A DNA stretch of 64,000 nucleotides, taken from Alphaproteobacteria bacterium (lineage in GTDB: Bacteria > Pseudomonadota > Alphaproteobacteria > G965222575). Below are positions 1-10,654 of the stretch, in pieces; the stretch's first letter is position 1, and every line of letters starts with the position of its first letter. The stretch is taken from positions 1,088,001 to 1,152,000 of the forward strand of contig OZ244958.1 of NCBI GenBank assembly GCA_965222575.1. The letters run 5' to 3'. The notes under the pieces were generated by a model. It had not been told where the DNA came from and ran no database searches. It worked only from the letters and a program-made list of their open reading frames with translations. A program made the position numbers and the translations under genes.

Positions 1-2
1 CT

Positions 3-1214
3 GTGACCTTAGGGTGTCGGCTGAATTTTTCTGAATCCCAGCGCATGGTACAAGGGGCTAGGAAGTGCGGGGAGAAAGACCTAGTGATTGTGAACACTTG
101 TGCTGTGACGTCTGAAGCTGAGAGGAAAAGTCGCCAAGCGCTACGTAAAGCGAAAAAAGCATTCCCTCATGCTAAAATTGTTGCAACGGGGTGTGCTGCG
201 ACTTTGAAGCCTGATGTATTTTGGGCTATGAAAGAGGTTGACCAAGTGATTCTGAACAAGGATAAAATGATGGCTTTTCACCCTTCTTCGGAGGATGTTG
301 AGCTGCGGAACTCCTTTGTTCCTCTGTTTGAGAATCGGGCTAGAGCGTTTTTGCAAATTCAACAAGGCTGTAATCACCGCTGTACTTTCTGTATTATCCC
401 CTATGCTAGAGGGCAAACTGTTTCTCTAACCAAAGAGCAGATTGTACTGCAAGCAGAGGAGCTTTTACGCAATGACTCCTGTAAGGAGCTTGTTTTGACA
501 GGAGTAGATATTGCTTCTTATGGTAAGGACTTGAAAGACCCTATGACTCTTGGACAGCTGTGCTGTTTTCTCCTTGAGTCTTTTCCTTCTTTACACTTGC
601 GTCTCTCCTCTTTAGACCCTGCCTGTGTAGATGAAAATATTTGGCATCTTTTAGAGAGTCATGAGCGGTTTGCACCTTATTTACATCTTTCTATGCAGTC
701 TGGCACTGATTTGATACTCAAGCGTATGAAGCGGCGTCACTTGACGGCAGACCTTATTGCTCTAAGCCAACGGGCACAAGCCATTGACAGGCCCCTAACA
801 ATTGGTGCCGATATTATTGCCGGCTTTCCAACTGAAACCTCTTCGCACCATAAAGAAACTATGGCCCTTATTCGTAAGATGAAGATGACCTTTCTCCATG
901 TTTTTCCCTATTCTATCAGAGTTGGAACGCCAGCCGCACGCATGCCCCAAGTAGCAGGAGAAGCCATCAAAGAGCGTGCGTTCGAGTTGCGTAATCTTGC
1001 GAAACGGCAGCTAAACCGCACTTTTGTCAAGTCTGTAGGACAAACACAAAAAACCCTTATAGAACAAGTACAGGAAAATGTTTGTAAAGGAAAATGGCTT
1101 AATTTCCTGCCTATTGTATTTTCCATGCCTAGAGGTAACTCTTTGCAATGCGGACAATTTGTTCCTGTGACAGCCAAAGATTATACCTCTTCTCACCTTT
1201 TGGGGTGTTTATAG
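3..1214 (+). CDS. mtaB: tRNA ms2t6A37 methylthiotransferase MtaB (5' end probably outside the window)
   Basis: TLGCRLN..ES, NTCAVT and TGC UPF0004 motifs; radical SAM CNHRCTFC; LHVFPYS..GTPAA. Confidence 0.9.
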   Translation: MTLGCRLNFSESQRMVQGARKCGEKDLVIVNTCAVTSEAERKSRQALRKAKKAFPHAKIVATGCAATLKPDVFWAMKEVDQVILNKDKMMAFHPSSEDVELRNSFVPLFENRARAFLQIQQGCNHRCTFCIIPYARGQTVSLTKEQIVLQAEELLRNDSCKELVLTGVDIASYGKDLKDPMTLGQLCCFLLESFPSLHLRLSSLDPACVDENIWHLLESHERFAPYLHLSMQSGTDLILKRMKRRHLTADLIALSQRAQAIDRPLTIGADIIAGFPTETSSHHKETMALIRKMKMTFLHVFPYSIRVGTPAARMPQVAGEAIKERAFELRNLAKRQLNRTFVKSVGQTQKTLIEQVQENVCKGKWLNFLPIVFSMPRGNSLQCGQFVPVTAKDYTSSHLLGCL

Positions 1215-1343
1215 AGAGGATTGGTGCCTTCCCTTCATCTGTTGTAACGCTGAGATTTCTCCGTAGAGGTTGCACCTAGCACTTGCCCCAACGTATGAGA
1301 ACTTGCTTATAGCTTTGGGAAGAGCTGGGGGATTTGTACTATT

Positions 1344-2666
1344 TCATAAAACTTTGGCTTTTCCTTGTCCATCTTGAAAATCCAAAGAGATGAGGTCTTC
1401 TGTGTTTAGGGCTTTTAACTGGGTGACAATTTGGCCATTTTTTTTGACCACGACAAAGCCTCGTTCAATGGTACGTTGATAGTTGAGTGTTTCCAACAGT
1501 TGGTGTAGCCGTTTGAGGGTTTGGTGATAGGTTTTGAAGATATTTTGAAGGGGTAGGGCAAGAGATTGAGAAAGATGTATGAAAGTGTTTTTTTGTTGTT
1601 TGAGTTTATTTTTGGGGTGGAGTTCTATGAGGGAGAGGTGTTGTTGATAGAGTTCCCCCTTAAGGGTGTTGAGGTGTATTCTGGTAATTTCTTTAATGGT
1701 TTCCAGGGTTTTTTGTATTTTGTGGTAGAGCTTTTGAAGGTGTTCTAGTGGTGAAAGGATGCCTTGTTTTAAGGAGGCTAGGTATCGGTGTTGGGTTTGT
1801 ATGGAAGAGAAGATGCCTTGATAGGCTCTTTCTGAGAGTCTTTGGAGAGTGGTTTTGAGGGTTGGAATTTGAGGCGAGAGGTATTCTACAGCTGCGGTTG
1901 GGGTGTGTGCTGCTTGGGTTGCGGCATAGTCTGAGAGAGAGGTGTCTGTTTGGTGCCCTACGGCGGAAATCACAGGAATATGACTGCTTGCAATGGCGCG
2001 CACGACGGCTTCTGCGGAAAACGGCAGGAGGTCTTCCAGACTGCCCCCCCCTCTAGCGACAATGAGGACATGAGGTTTTGGCATAGGGAAGGGAGGGGTA
2101 TTGAAGCCTTTGATAGCGGTTACAAGGGATTCCACTGCTTCTTCTCCCTGTACGAGAGTTGGCCATAAAAAGATTTCCTGCACAAATCGGTTTTGAAAGC
2201 TTTTCAACATATCTTGTAGAACAGCTCCTTGAGGAGAGGTTATGAGGCCTATACGAGTAGGGAAGGGGGGAAGAGGAGGTTTTGTAGAGGGGTCAAATAA
2301 TCCTTCACTAGCAAGGGCTTTTTTTCTTGCTTCAAGGGCTTGTAAAAGAGCGCCAATGCCCGAGGGCTTAATAGAGGTGATGACCAGTTGATACATCCCT
2401 TTCCTGTTATAAGTTGTGACTGTGCCTTGGCATAAGACACTCATGCCTTCTTGGATATCTTTGATAGAACAGCTACCACGCCAAATGACTGCTGGTAAAA
2501 CAGTGTCTTTTTCTTTAAGGGTTATGTAGGTATGCCTAGCAGCGCTTGTGTGTATGCTGGAGATTTCTCCTTCTACAGCAACAGAGTCGAAGCGGCTTTT
2601 CAAGAGGAGTTGAATCTGTTCGGATAACTCACAGACTGATAAGTGTCCTTTATTGGAAGACATCAT
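1344..2666 (-). CDS. xseA: Exodeoxyribonuclease VII large subunit
   Basis: VEGEIS, ITSPQGAV.QD, ARGGGSLEDL, SAVGHQTD, TPTAA, RGF at the C-terminus. Confidence 0.95.
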   Translation of the reverse strand: MMSSNKGHLSVCELSEQIQLLLKSRFDSVAVEGEISSIHTSAARHTYITLKEKDTVLPAVIWRGSCSIKDIQEGMSVLCQGTVTTYNRKGMYQLVITSIKPSGIGALLQALEARKKALASEGLFDPSTKPPLPPFPTRIGLITSPQGAVLQDMLKSFQNRFVQEIFLWPTLVQGEEAVESLVTAIKGFNTPPFPMPKPHVLIVARGGGSLEDLLPFSAEAVVRAIASSHIPVISAVGHQTDTSLSDYAATQAAHTPTAAVEYLSPQIPTLKTTLQRLSERAYQGIFSSIQTQHRYLASLKQGILSPLEHLQKLYHKIQKTLETIKEITRIHLNTLKGELYQQHLSLIELHPKNKLKQQKNTFIHLSQSLALPLQNIFKTYHQTLKRLHQLLETLNYQRTIERGFVVVKKNGQIVTQLKALNTEDLISLDFQDGQGKAKVL

Positions 2667-2690
2667 GGGTGAGGTGATGAAGAAAGACTT

Positions 2691-3152
2691 TTAGCGTTTT
2701 GAAAACTGAAAACTTCTTCTTGCTTTTCGCAAGCCATATTTTTTTCTTTCCACTCTCCGTGAATCTCTAGTGAGGAGTTTATTAGCTTTAAGGGGAGCTC
2801 TGTGGTCTGGATTGTAAAGGGCAAGAGCCTTAGCAATGCCATGTCGAATAGCAGAAGCTTGTCCGGAGAGACCCCCTCCTTTTACTGTACAGAACACATC
2901 GAAAGGTTTGCTAGGATTGATGATTTCAAAAGGGTGCTGTAAGCAGACTTGTGAGGAAAAGCGTAAGAAATACTCAGTACTTTTTTTCCCATTGACTGTG
3001 ATGGTGCCGTTGCCTTGTTTAATCCAGACTCGAGCGATGGATTCTTTTCTTTTTCCTGTAGCGTAGGCACGTCCTAATTTATCGATTTTAGGCTCTAGCC
3101 GTGGAGTCGGAAGCTGTGGAGTCGGAGATTTTTCGTTAGAAGGAGTAGACAT
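2691..3152 (-). CDS. rpsI: 30S ribosomal protein S9
   Basis: [28 protein letters not shown]. Confidence 0.98.
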   Translation of the reverse strand: MSTPSNEKSPTPQLPTPRLEPKIDKLGRAYATGKRKESIARVWIKQGNGTITVNGKKSTEYFLRFSSQVCLQHPFEIINPSKPFDVFCTVKGGGLSGQASAIRHGIAKALALYNPDHRAPLKANKLLTRDSRRVERKKYGLRKARRSFQFSKR

Positions 3153-3158
3153 AATGGG

Positions 3159-3635
3159 TTATGATGTAAGAGTATTTTTGGGATTTTGAGAGGCGAAATC
3201 TATTGTGGTAGGGTTTTGTGCTTGATGAGGATGGGTATCTTCTGAATAGACGAATAGGTGTTTTAGTTGCTTTCTAGCGAGAGAACTAGTTTTAGGGAGC
3301 ATTCTTTTTACGGCTAAGATGATAAGTTGAGGTGCTTTTCCTTTTTCCAAGATTTTTTTAGGGGTTTGACTTTTGATACCTCCCGGGTAACCTGTGTGCC
3401 AGTAGTAGGTTTTTTGAGACATTTTTTGCCCACTTAAGGCAACTTTGGAAGCATTTGTAATAATGACATAGTCTCCATCGTCTCTATGAGAGGTATAGCT
3501 TGGTTTATGTTTGCCGCGCAAGAGGGTTGCGATTTTTGTTGCTAAGCGACCGAGAATCAGGCCTTTGGCGTCTATATGAAGCCATTGTTTATGGAGGCGC
3601 AGGTTTGTGGTGGTTTTGGTAGAGCGCAGTAGCAT
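3159..3635 (-). CDS. rplM: 50S ribosomal protein L13
   Basis: IDA...LGRLA...LRGKHKP, HTGYPGG, HPH.AQ.P; lies upstream of rpsI. Confidence 0.98.
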   Translation of the reverse strand: MLLRSTKTTTNLRLHKQWLHIDAKGLILGRLATKIATLLRGKHKPSYTSHRDDGDYVIITNASKVALSGQKMSQKTYYWHTGYPGGIKSQTPKKILEKGKAPQLIILAVKRMLPKTSSLARKQLKHLFVYSEDTHPHQAQNPTTIDFASQNPKNTLTS

Positions 3636-3720
3636 AGAATCTTTTGAAGAATTTGTTTAGAAAAAGAAGGGTACTATATTTTTGCGAGGTAATCAAGGGA
3701 GAGAAAGGGGTGGGATTTTG

Positions 3721-4596
3721 TTAGAGAATCTTCATTTTTTTCAGTAGAGATTGTATAAGTTTTTTCTTGTGTTGTGAGAGTTCTATGAGAGGCTGTCGCA
3801 CCTGTGGAGAGGATTTTCCCATGAGGGAAAGGGCATATTTCGTTGGAGAGGGATTGCTGTCTAAAAAGAGAGCTTCAAAGAGAGGGAACAAGGTTTCGTG
3901 GTATTGGAGAGCGGTTTTGAAGTCTTGGTTCAAAGCAGCTTGTACAAGGGCTTTACAAAGTTTTGGTGTGACATTGGCGCAAACAGATATGACGCCTTGT
4001 GCACCACAGGCGAACGCGGGGAGAGCGGAGTGATCATCTCCCCAGAGGATAATGAAAGGGTGATGACATTGTTTGCGTTGTTTTGTGGGGCGGGTGAGGT
4101 CTGAGGTTGAGTCTTTCACGCCGTAAATGCGTGGGAGTTCAGAAAGGCGCGCCATGGTATCAACTGTGATATCAACATGTGTTCGCGCGGGAATGTTGTA
4201 GAGATATAAGGGAATAGAAGTAGCATCATGGACAGTTTTGAAGTGCTGGTAGAGTCCTTCTTGGGAGGGTTTATTATAATAGGGGGTCACGAGCAGAGCG
4301 GCATCGGCGTGCAGTTCTTGTGCGAGATGTGTGCGTTTAATAGTACTGCTGGTATCATTAGTGCCAGTACCAACCATAATAGGCACCCGTTGAGAGGATA
4401 CTTGGAGGGCTTCGGTGATAATTTCCTGTGTTTCACTTGGTTTTATGGTAGGAGACTCTCCTGTGGTACCAAGCACTAAAATGCCATCAACTCCTTCAGC
4501 AATTTGCCAATCTACAAGTTGTCTGAAGCACTTTTTGTCAATCTTGCCCTCTTTGAAAGGAGTGATAAGGGCAGAAATCAGGCCTTGGAAAGTCAT
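3721..4596 (-). CDS. dapA: 4-hydroxy-tetrahydrodipicolinate synthase
   Basis: GTTGES, PYYNKPSQEG, LYNIP.RT, GVKDS. Confidence 0.96.
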   Translation of the reverse strand: MTFQGLISALITPFKEGKIDKKCFRQLVDWQIAEGVDGILVLGTTGESPTIKPSETQEIITEALQVSSQRVPIMVGTGTNDTSSTIKRTHLAQELHADAALLVTPYYNKPSQEGLYQHFKTVHDATSIPLYLYNIPARTHVDITVDTMARLSELPRIYGVKDSTSDLTRPTKQRKQCHHPFIILWGDDHSALPAFACGAQGVISVCANVTPKLCKALVQAALNQDFKTALQYHETLFPLFEALFLDSNPSPTKYALSLMGKSSPQVRQPLIELSQHKKKLIQSLLKKMKIL

Positions 4597-4667
4597 TGAG
4601 CAGTTTTCGTGTACGGCTTTACTTCTTATTCTATCATAAGTACTCTGTAACAGTAAGGAGTTATTAA

Positions 4668-6794
4668 TTGCCTGCTATGAGTCAACATCTCCCAAATTTT
4701 TGCCGCTTGTCTATAAAGAGAGGCTCTGTGTTACGCGTTTTATCAGGAGGAGGCCTTTTCTTTATTGCCCTCTTTTGTCATGCTTTCGCTTCCACAAATG
4801 CGCCTGTTTCCCTCCCTGTTTTTCGCCCTTCTTCTGATAACATACCGCTTCCTCTGTTGCGCCCCTCTCTTCCTGTTCCAGTTTTTCTTGAGGAGAAAAG
4901 GCCTTTTGCAAAGTCTCTGTTAAAGGATTTTCAAGGCAAGTCTGTATGGCGTGTGATGAGGTCTTTACACCAGAGTCATTTTTCCAGAGCTTGGAGGCTA
5001 GCACATCACGAAGACTTGAAAAACACCATTTTATGGCTCTGGGCTACAGAAGAAAAAGCCTCTGTTTCCTTTCCTCTTTTAAGCGCTCTCATGAAGGATA
5101 AGCCCTCTATTGCTGGTTATAAGTCTCTTAAGGAAAGTCTAGAGAGAGGGAGTATGCAGTCCCTTTCTGCTGAAGAAATAAAAGCTTGGTTTGACCTCTA
5201 TCCTCCTGTCACGGGCAAGGGGCTGCATTTATATAGCAAAGCGCTTTTAGAACTTGGAGAAGAAGAGCTTGCGCGCATCCTTATCCAACGTCTCTCTTGG
5301 GAAGGGATGTTGAACGACCCTGATTTTTCTTATCTTCTAACGCCTTCAGACTATAGTCATTGGGCACGTGGTATAGCAGCTAGAGAAGGGAGGAGTGCTA
5401 CCTTACATTTTATGTCCTTGCAGGAAAATATAGATTTTACCTATGATAAAGTGGATATCTTAGGACATCAGGCCTTTGTGTTATTAAGCCGTAATCGCAA
5501 GACACAAGCCCTAGAGATTTTTCAAACGCCTTTCCCTCGACCTGTACATAACTCTGCTCATTGGTGGTCACTGCAACGTTCTTTAGTGGCGTACTTCTTG
5601 CGAAAAAAAGAGTTTCATCACGCCTATTCCGTCGTTGCTTCCAGCAACCATTTAGAAGGAAAATTTTATAGTGATATCTCTTTCTTAGCCGGATGGTTAC
5701 AGATGAGGATGCAAAATCCCCAAACAGCCTTTTGGCATTTTCAAAAGCTTCAACACCACAGCTATTCCTTGGAACAAAAAGCCAAAAGCGCTTATTGGCT
5801 TGCACGTGCCTTAGACGCCATACCGCCCCCTAACGAAGAGGATGCCAATGTGTTAGAAACAATGCTACCTACTAACGAAGAGGATTCCAATGTATCAGAA
5901 ACGATACTACCTACTAACGAAGAGGATTCCAATGTATCAGAAACGATACTACCCCCTAAGAACAAGGAGGAAGCAAGATATTGGTATGAATACGCTGTGA
6001 CATTCTTGCAAACTTATTATGGACAAAAAGCCTATCAGATGATTGAAGACACCACAGTTGCCTCTTTAACCTATCAATTGCCTACAGTATCTCCCTCACC
6101 TAATCCCCAGGGATATAGTGAAAAACTCTTAAAAACGCTAGATTTTTTAGGAGAAAACTATGGACTGTATCGCTTAGCCATGGACATGGCTCAAGATATT
6201 GAAACGCAACAACAAGCAACAAATTTTTTGCATACCCTAACTTCCATGGGCGATAAAACACTTGTGGTTAAAGTATCAGAAATTTTAGAAGAAAAAGGGT
6301 ATCACACTTTTCCTTTAGGCTATCCGCTTATCTCTTTGCCCTTATCTGAGACGTTATCGTTGAAAGACAAAGCCCTGATTCATGCTATTGTGCGGCAGGA
6401 AAGTCGTTTTCAGAGGAATGCTATTAGCTCTGCCGGTGCGGTGGGAGTGATGCAACTACTTCCTAAAACGGCGCAATATGTAGCGAAAAACCATAACATG
6501 CCCTATCAATATCATAGGTTACAAACAGATGTGGCGTATAATATTACTTTAGGCTTTCTGTATCTGAAAGACTTGATTGAGTATTTTCAAGGACATGCTT
6601 CCTTAGCTCTTTGTGCTTATAATGCAGGAATATTACACGTTCAAAAATGGATAGAACATTACGGAGACCCAAGAAAAGGAGAGATTTCATGGATTGAGTG
6701 GCTAGAATCTATCCCCTTTTTGGAAACCCGTCTGTATGTTCAAAGAGTTTTGGCTAGTGAGTATATCTATCGGCGTCTTTTGGAAAATCCTTGA
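4668..6794 (+). CDS. slt: Slt70-like soluble lytic murein transglycosylase (start codon uncertain)
   Basis: C-terminal SLT motifs RQES.F, S.AGA.G.MQL.P.TA, AYNAG, ESIPF.ETR.YVQRV; divergent from dapA as in alphaproteobacteria. Confidence 0.88.
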   Translation: MPAMSQHLPNFCRLSIKRGSVLRVLSGGGLFFIALFCHAFASTNAPVSLPVFRPSSDNIPLPLLRPSLPVPVFLEEKRPFAKSLLKDFQGKSVWRVMRSLHQSHFSRAWRLAHHEDLKNTILWLWATEEKASVSFPLLSALMKDKPSIAGYKSLKESLERGSMQSLSAEEIKAWFDLYPPVTGKGLHLYSKALLELGEEELARILIQRLSWEGMLNDPDFSYLLTPSDYSHWARGIAAREGRSATLHFMSLQENIDFTYDKVDILGHQAFVLLSRNRKTQALEIFQTPFPRPVHNSAHWWSLQRSLVAYFLRKKEFHHAYSVVASSNHLEGKFYSDISFLAGWLQMRMQNPQTAFWHFQKLQHHSYSLEQKAKSAYWLARALDAIPPPNEEDANVLETMLPTNEEDSNVSETILPTNEEDSNVSETILPPKNKEEARYWYEYAVTFLQTYYGQKAYQMIEDTTVASLTYQLPTVSPSPNPQGYSEKLLKTLDFLGENYGLYRLAMDMAQDIETQQQATNFLHTLTSMGDKTLVVKVSEILEEKGYHTFPLGYPLISLPLSETLSLKDKALIHAIVRQESRFQRNAISSAGAVGVMQLLPKTAQYVAKNHNMPYQYHRLQTDVAYNITLGFLYLKDLIEYFQGHASLALCAYNAGILHVQKWIEHYGDPRKGEISWIEWLESIPFLETRLYVQRVLASEYIYRRLLENP
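5826..5957 (+). repeat. 42-bp tandem repeat x3 inside slt (PTNEEDSNVSETIL)
   Basis: taacgaagaggat starts at 5831, 5873 and 5915. Confidence 0.95.
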
Positions 6795-6929
6795 GGCCTT
6801 TGTGAAAAGACGGATGAAAATGTCCAAAAGAGACGCAATTGATGTCCAAAATTGGAGCAGGCTGGCCTTTGCCCGATTAGATTGAAGCCTTTTGCAAATA
6901 GAGGACTTGGGGGGGGTTCCTCGCTTAAT

Positions 6930-7829
6930 TTAGGATGAATCCTCCAACAAATTTAACTGCTGCTTTCCAGCTCTTTGCTCAAGAACTTTCTTGACTGTGT
7001 AGGTGGTTTTAAACTTCCCATCTACCCCTGTAAATTGGCGCATATGAACATTACAGATCAACATATCTTCCTTTCTGAATGATATTTCCTTAGATTGCAC
7101 TCTAGCGATAAAATCCTGATCCTCAAAAGAGACATATAAATCCTTCGAACCATCACTCACGCGCCACTTATTTCCTTCTTCAAAATCCGGAGCAAGAATT
7201 GTATATACGCACTTAATTTCTTCATTCAGAATGTCTTCCTCCGCCACCTCAGGTACCGCAAAGAACTCCCTCTCCTCTCTTCTAATTGCACATGTTGTTT
7301 TCTTATCTCGCGAAAAAGTAATTTCTGTTACCCCTTCCTTTCTTAAAGGAGCAGTTAAATCCTTCAACCTCTCACGAATAACTCGGCTTCCCAGTAATAC
7401 CAGCCTCTCCTTAGAAGTTTCTAGCCTGTCCCCATCCTCAGTTACAATAGTGATTTTATCTCCATCCCTTTCTGTTTTTTTGATTTTCCTGTTTTTTAGC
7501 CACAGGATAAGGCCTATCACTCCTCCTCCTATCCCCAAAATCTCTTTCCCAAGAATAAGTTCTATGAGATTCACTATATCAGAACTACTTACATTTGAGA
7601 AAATCCCAGAGATACCCGTCTGAACAAGCCCAATATCAACACAAAAGGACCCCCCCTGCATAGCACGCACATTAACATTAAGACGGACATTAGACTCATT
7701 TAAGAGCATGTTAGCCTCACGAAAAATCTCTCCCAAAGACAGAAGCGCAGGCGCAAGATCGCGCACATCCATCTCTTGGTTTTCCAGAGCCTTGCCTCTG
7801 AAAGTTATAAGAAATCCATCACTTTTCAT
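6930..7829 (-). CDS. Hypothetical protein, 299 aa, probably horizontally acquired
   Basis: Long ORF (MDVRDLAPALLSLGE...); coding strand is purine-rich, unlike flanking minus-strand core genes. Confidence 0.75.
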   Translation of the reverse strand: MKSDGFLITFRGKALENQEMDVRDLAPALLSLGEIFREANMLLNESNVRLNVNVRAMQGGSFCVDIGLVQTGISGIFSNVSSSDIVNLIELILGKEILGIGGGVIGLILWLKNRKIKKTERDGDKITIVTEDGDRLETSKERLVLLGSRVIRERLKDLTAPLRKEGVTEITFSRDKKTTCAIRREEREFFAVPEVAEEDILNEEIKCVYTILAPDFEEGNKWRVSDGSKDLYVSFEDQDFIARVQSKEISFRKEDMLICNVHMRQFTGVDGKFKTTYTVKKVLEQRAGKQQLNLLEDSS

Positions 7830-7964
7830 GTTTTAGATACTATCACAAATCTCCTGTAAAAAACAGTAGAAGAAATAATTGTGGTAAAAAATTAGAGTCA
7901 CTTGACAACGAGTGAAAAAGCTTGCTGAATGATAGTGTAGAGAAGGGGGTTTGTCCTTTTTGGC

Positions 7965-8615
7965 TTACAGGGCTAGGGTGATATATTGTTCTGTAACATC
8001 TGGGGTAGAGGTGTTGGGGAGGGGAGATTTTTTCTGAGATATCTTCATATGTTCTTCCTTTATTATGTTGATTTTAATGGAAGTTTTCAACATTTCTTTT
8101 TGGTAAATTCTCATCATATATTCTAAAGCAGCCAAAGGGGTTGTAGAAGCACCAGAGTAAGCGCAGTGTTTTTCGGTATTGTGACAACTTGTTAAGAGAA
8201 TATGTCCTCCATTTTTTGAGGCTTTGAGAAGGGGCGTTAAGCCACAGAGGAGGGCTTGTACGCTATGGAGATTATTGAAGGCGTCTTTCCAGAGGTTAGG
8301 GGGGATATGGGCTATGGGGCGCAGGGGGGTGGGTTGCAGGGGATTGAGTACGAGGATATCTAGCATTTTCCAGCGTTTTCCTATTTCGTAGCAGGCTTGT
8401 AGAATTTGGCTTGTTGCGGCTGGAGGGAGAGGGAGTAGAGTAAGAGCTGGCTGTTTTATGTCTTGTTCTAGGGAGTTAGCTAGTAGGTCTAGTTCTTGAG
8501 CTGTTGGGGCTGTAGCAATGACGTGTGCGCCTTCTTTTAGGTAGGCGGTGGTGATGGCTTTTCCTCTATCTTTTGTAGCACTTGTTACCAAAGCAAGGCG
8601 ATTTTCAAGGCGCAT
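7965..8615 (-). CDS. Degenerate SDR-family oxidoreductase
   Basis: LENRLALVT..., EGAHVI, LDILVLN; sits downstream of purF; cofactor and catalytic motifs are eroded. Confidence 0.75.
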   Translation of the reverse strand: MRLENRLALVTSATKDRGKAITTAYLKEGAHVIATAPTAQELDLLANSLEQDIKQPALTLLPLPPAATSQILQACYEIGKRWKMLDILVLNPLQPTPLRPIAHIPPNLWKDAFNNLHSVQALLCGLTPLLKASKNGGHILLTSCHNTEKHCAYSGASTTPLAALEYMMRIYQKEMLKTSIKINIIKEEHMKISQKKSPLPNTSTPDVTEQYITLAL

Positions 8616-8616
8616 A

Positions 8617-10080
8617 TTACTTCAGACTGAGTTGCGTTTGCGTGGGTTTTTGTTCTATTTTATCCACAAGAGGGGAAGGATAATGACCTGTTAGGCAAGC
8701 ATCACAAAATTCTGTTGTTTTGCGACTTTTGTTTGTTTCTTCTTCTGTTTCCAAGATGGCTGTTTTGAGGCCTTGTAGCGAAAGATAATGCAGACTGTCA
8801 CAGCCGATGAAAGAGGCAATGTCTGAGGGGGTTTTATGAGCAGCGATGAGGTCTTTTCTTTGTGGTGTGTCCACTCCATAGAAGCAAGGGAAGAGGTTAG
8901 GGGGGCTTGCGATGCGAAAATGGATTTCCGCAACACCGGCCGCTCGTAAGTATTCCATGATACGTTTAGCTGTTGTGCCGCGCACAATGGAATCATCTAC
9001 TAGAACGATTTTCTTGCCCTTGAGCAGGGTAGCATTAGGGCTATGTTTTATACGGGTGCTCAAATTTCTGATGTGTTGCTTAGGTTCAATGAACGTGCGT
9101 CCGATATAGTGATTTCTGATAATAGCGAACTCTAGGGGGATATCAGATTTTTGCGCGTATCCTAGAGCTGCTGGGTTGCCTGAATCTGGTACGGCCACTA
9201 CCATATGAGCGTTTATGGGGGCTTCTTGCGCTAGCTGGCGCCCTATGTTCTTGCGGACTTTGTAGACATTGCGATTCCCTACAGTGCTGTCAGGACGAGC
9301 AAAATAAATATATTCAAAAATACAAAACCGCTCTTGCCCCCGCGAAGGATAGGTGCCGGCAAGAGACAAAGGATGAGATGTTAAGCCGTTGTCATTAATG
9401 ATGACAATTTCTCCCGGTTTGACATCGCGTATAAAGGTAGCACCAACAGCGTTGAAAGCGCAGGTTTCTGAGGCTAAGAGATAATTCTTGCCTAGTTTTC
9501 CTATGACTAAGGGGCGTATGCCTAGGGGGTCTTTAATGCCAATGAGTTCCTTAGTCGTTAGCAATACAAGAGCGAATCCTCCATGAAGCTGACAAAGACT
9601 GTCTGTTAACTTGGAAAGTATGGTTTTTTGAGAACTTTGGGCGATGAGGTGAAGAATGATCTCTGTATCTGTTGTGGATTGAAAGGAGACATTCTTCAGA
9701 GATTTTTTCAGTGTCTGGGCGTTGGTGAGATTGCCATTATGGGCAATGACCAAGGGATGCTGCATGTTGATGGCCATAGGCTGAATGTTTGCAAGATTTG
9801 AAGCCCCTGTTGTTGAGTAGCGATTATGGGCAATAGCAGCAGTCCCTTTGAGGGTTTTGATAACATTTTTCTTTGAAAAAATATCTCCAACAAGGCCGGG
9901 CTTTTTGTAAAGATGTAAGGTCTCCCCCTCCATTGAGGCAATGCCGGCGGCTTCTTGTCCTCTATGTTGCAAGGCGTTCAAAGCAAGCGTTGCAAGAGCA
10001 GCCGCATCAGTGGTATTCCAAATCCCAAACACACCACATTCTTCATGGAATTTATCACCTGTTGGAGGGTAGTTAACCAT
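8617..10080 (-). CDS. purF: Amidophosphoribosyltransferase
   Basis: EECGVFG, LQHRGQE, RYSTTG, HNGNL, C.FEYIYFARPDS, VDDSIVRGTT; start placed at ATG 10080, overlapping the cvpA stop. Confidence 0.96.
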   Translation of the reverse strand: MVNYPPTGDKFHEECGVFGIWNTTDAAALATLALNALQHRGQEAAGIASMEGETLHLYKKPGLVGDIFSKKNVIKTLKGTAAIAHNRYSTTGASNLANIQPMAINMQHPLVIAHNGNLTNAQTLKKSLKNVSFQSTTDTEIILHLIAQSSQKTILSKLTDSLCQLHGGFALVLLTTKELIGIKDPLGIRPLVIGKLGKNYLLASETCAFNAVGATFIRDVKPGEIVIINDNGLTSHPLSLAGTYPSRGQERFCIFEYIYFARPDSTVGNRNVYKVRKNIGRQLAQEAPINAHMVVAVPDSGNPAALGYAQKSDIPLEFAIIRNHYIGRTFIEPKQHIRNLSTRIKHSPNATLLKGKKIVLVDDSIVRGTTAKRIMEYLRAAGVAEIHFRIASPPNLFPCFYGVDTPQRKDLIAAHKTPSDIASFIGCDSLHYLSLQGLKTAILETEEETNKSRKTTEFCDACLTGHYPSPLVDKIEQKPTQTQLSLK

Positions 10081-10654
10081 ATTTTTGTTGTAGTTTTTTG
10101 AGTTTTTTGCGCTCCTTTTGAAAATCTTCAATGTTTTTCTTAATAGGTTTAGCAATACGAGAAGGAAGAAAAATTGTAAACAGTTTAGCACCTCCGTCTA
10201 AAAAATATCGTCCCTCTGAGTCCCTGATGAAACGCGGCAAACTATAAGGAGACACAAAAGTCACCACAAGAAGCCACACAGCAGACATAATAAGTGTTGA
10301 TTTCGTAACGCCTATCACGAGGCCGAGAGCATGATTGAGGGTCTTGTACTTGCTACTTTGAACATGAGAGGAAAGAAAAGTCGCTATGAGTTTCAAGCCC
10401 CAAAAGGAGCCAAGAAAGACAATAAGAGAGGAGATAATGCCGTTGAGAAACGAGTTCATAATATAAGGCTCTGTGAAATAAGTGACAATGCCAACGCTAG
10501 TAATGGTGATGACAATAGCGCCTCCCAAAACGGCTAAAGACAAAATCTCTTTCATGGCTCCCCGCACCATGGAAAATAGCCCTGAAAGAAATAGGAGGGC
10601 AATGATGGAAACATCTAAAGCATTGGCAGCCATAGGGAACCCTTTTGAAAACAT
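10073..10654 (-). CDS. cvpA: CvpA family membrane protein
   Basis: LD......L.SG...RG..KE.LSL and LG...G motifs; hydrophobic; directly upstream of purF. Confidence 0.88.
   Translation of the reverse strand: MFSKGFPMAANALDVSIIALLFLSGLFSMVRGAMKEILSLAVLGGAIVITITSVGIVTYFTEPYIMNSFLNGIISSLIVFLGSFWGLKLIATFLSSHVQSSKYKTLNHALGLVIGVTKSTLIMSAVWLLVVTFVSPYSLPRFIRDSEGRYFLDGGAKLFTIFLPSRIAKPIKKNIEDFQKERKKLKKLQQKYG

Noticed and set aside
6793-6900. GAGGCCTTTGTGAAAA and GAAGCCTTTTGCAAAT resembling IS5-family ends
   Set aside because: Direct rather than inverted, with no partner end or transposase.
10081-10191. Extended purF N-terminus in the ORF track
   Set aside because: It overlaps cvpA; ATG 10080 gives a normal short propeptide before the catalytic Cys.
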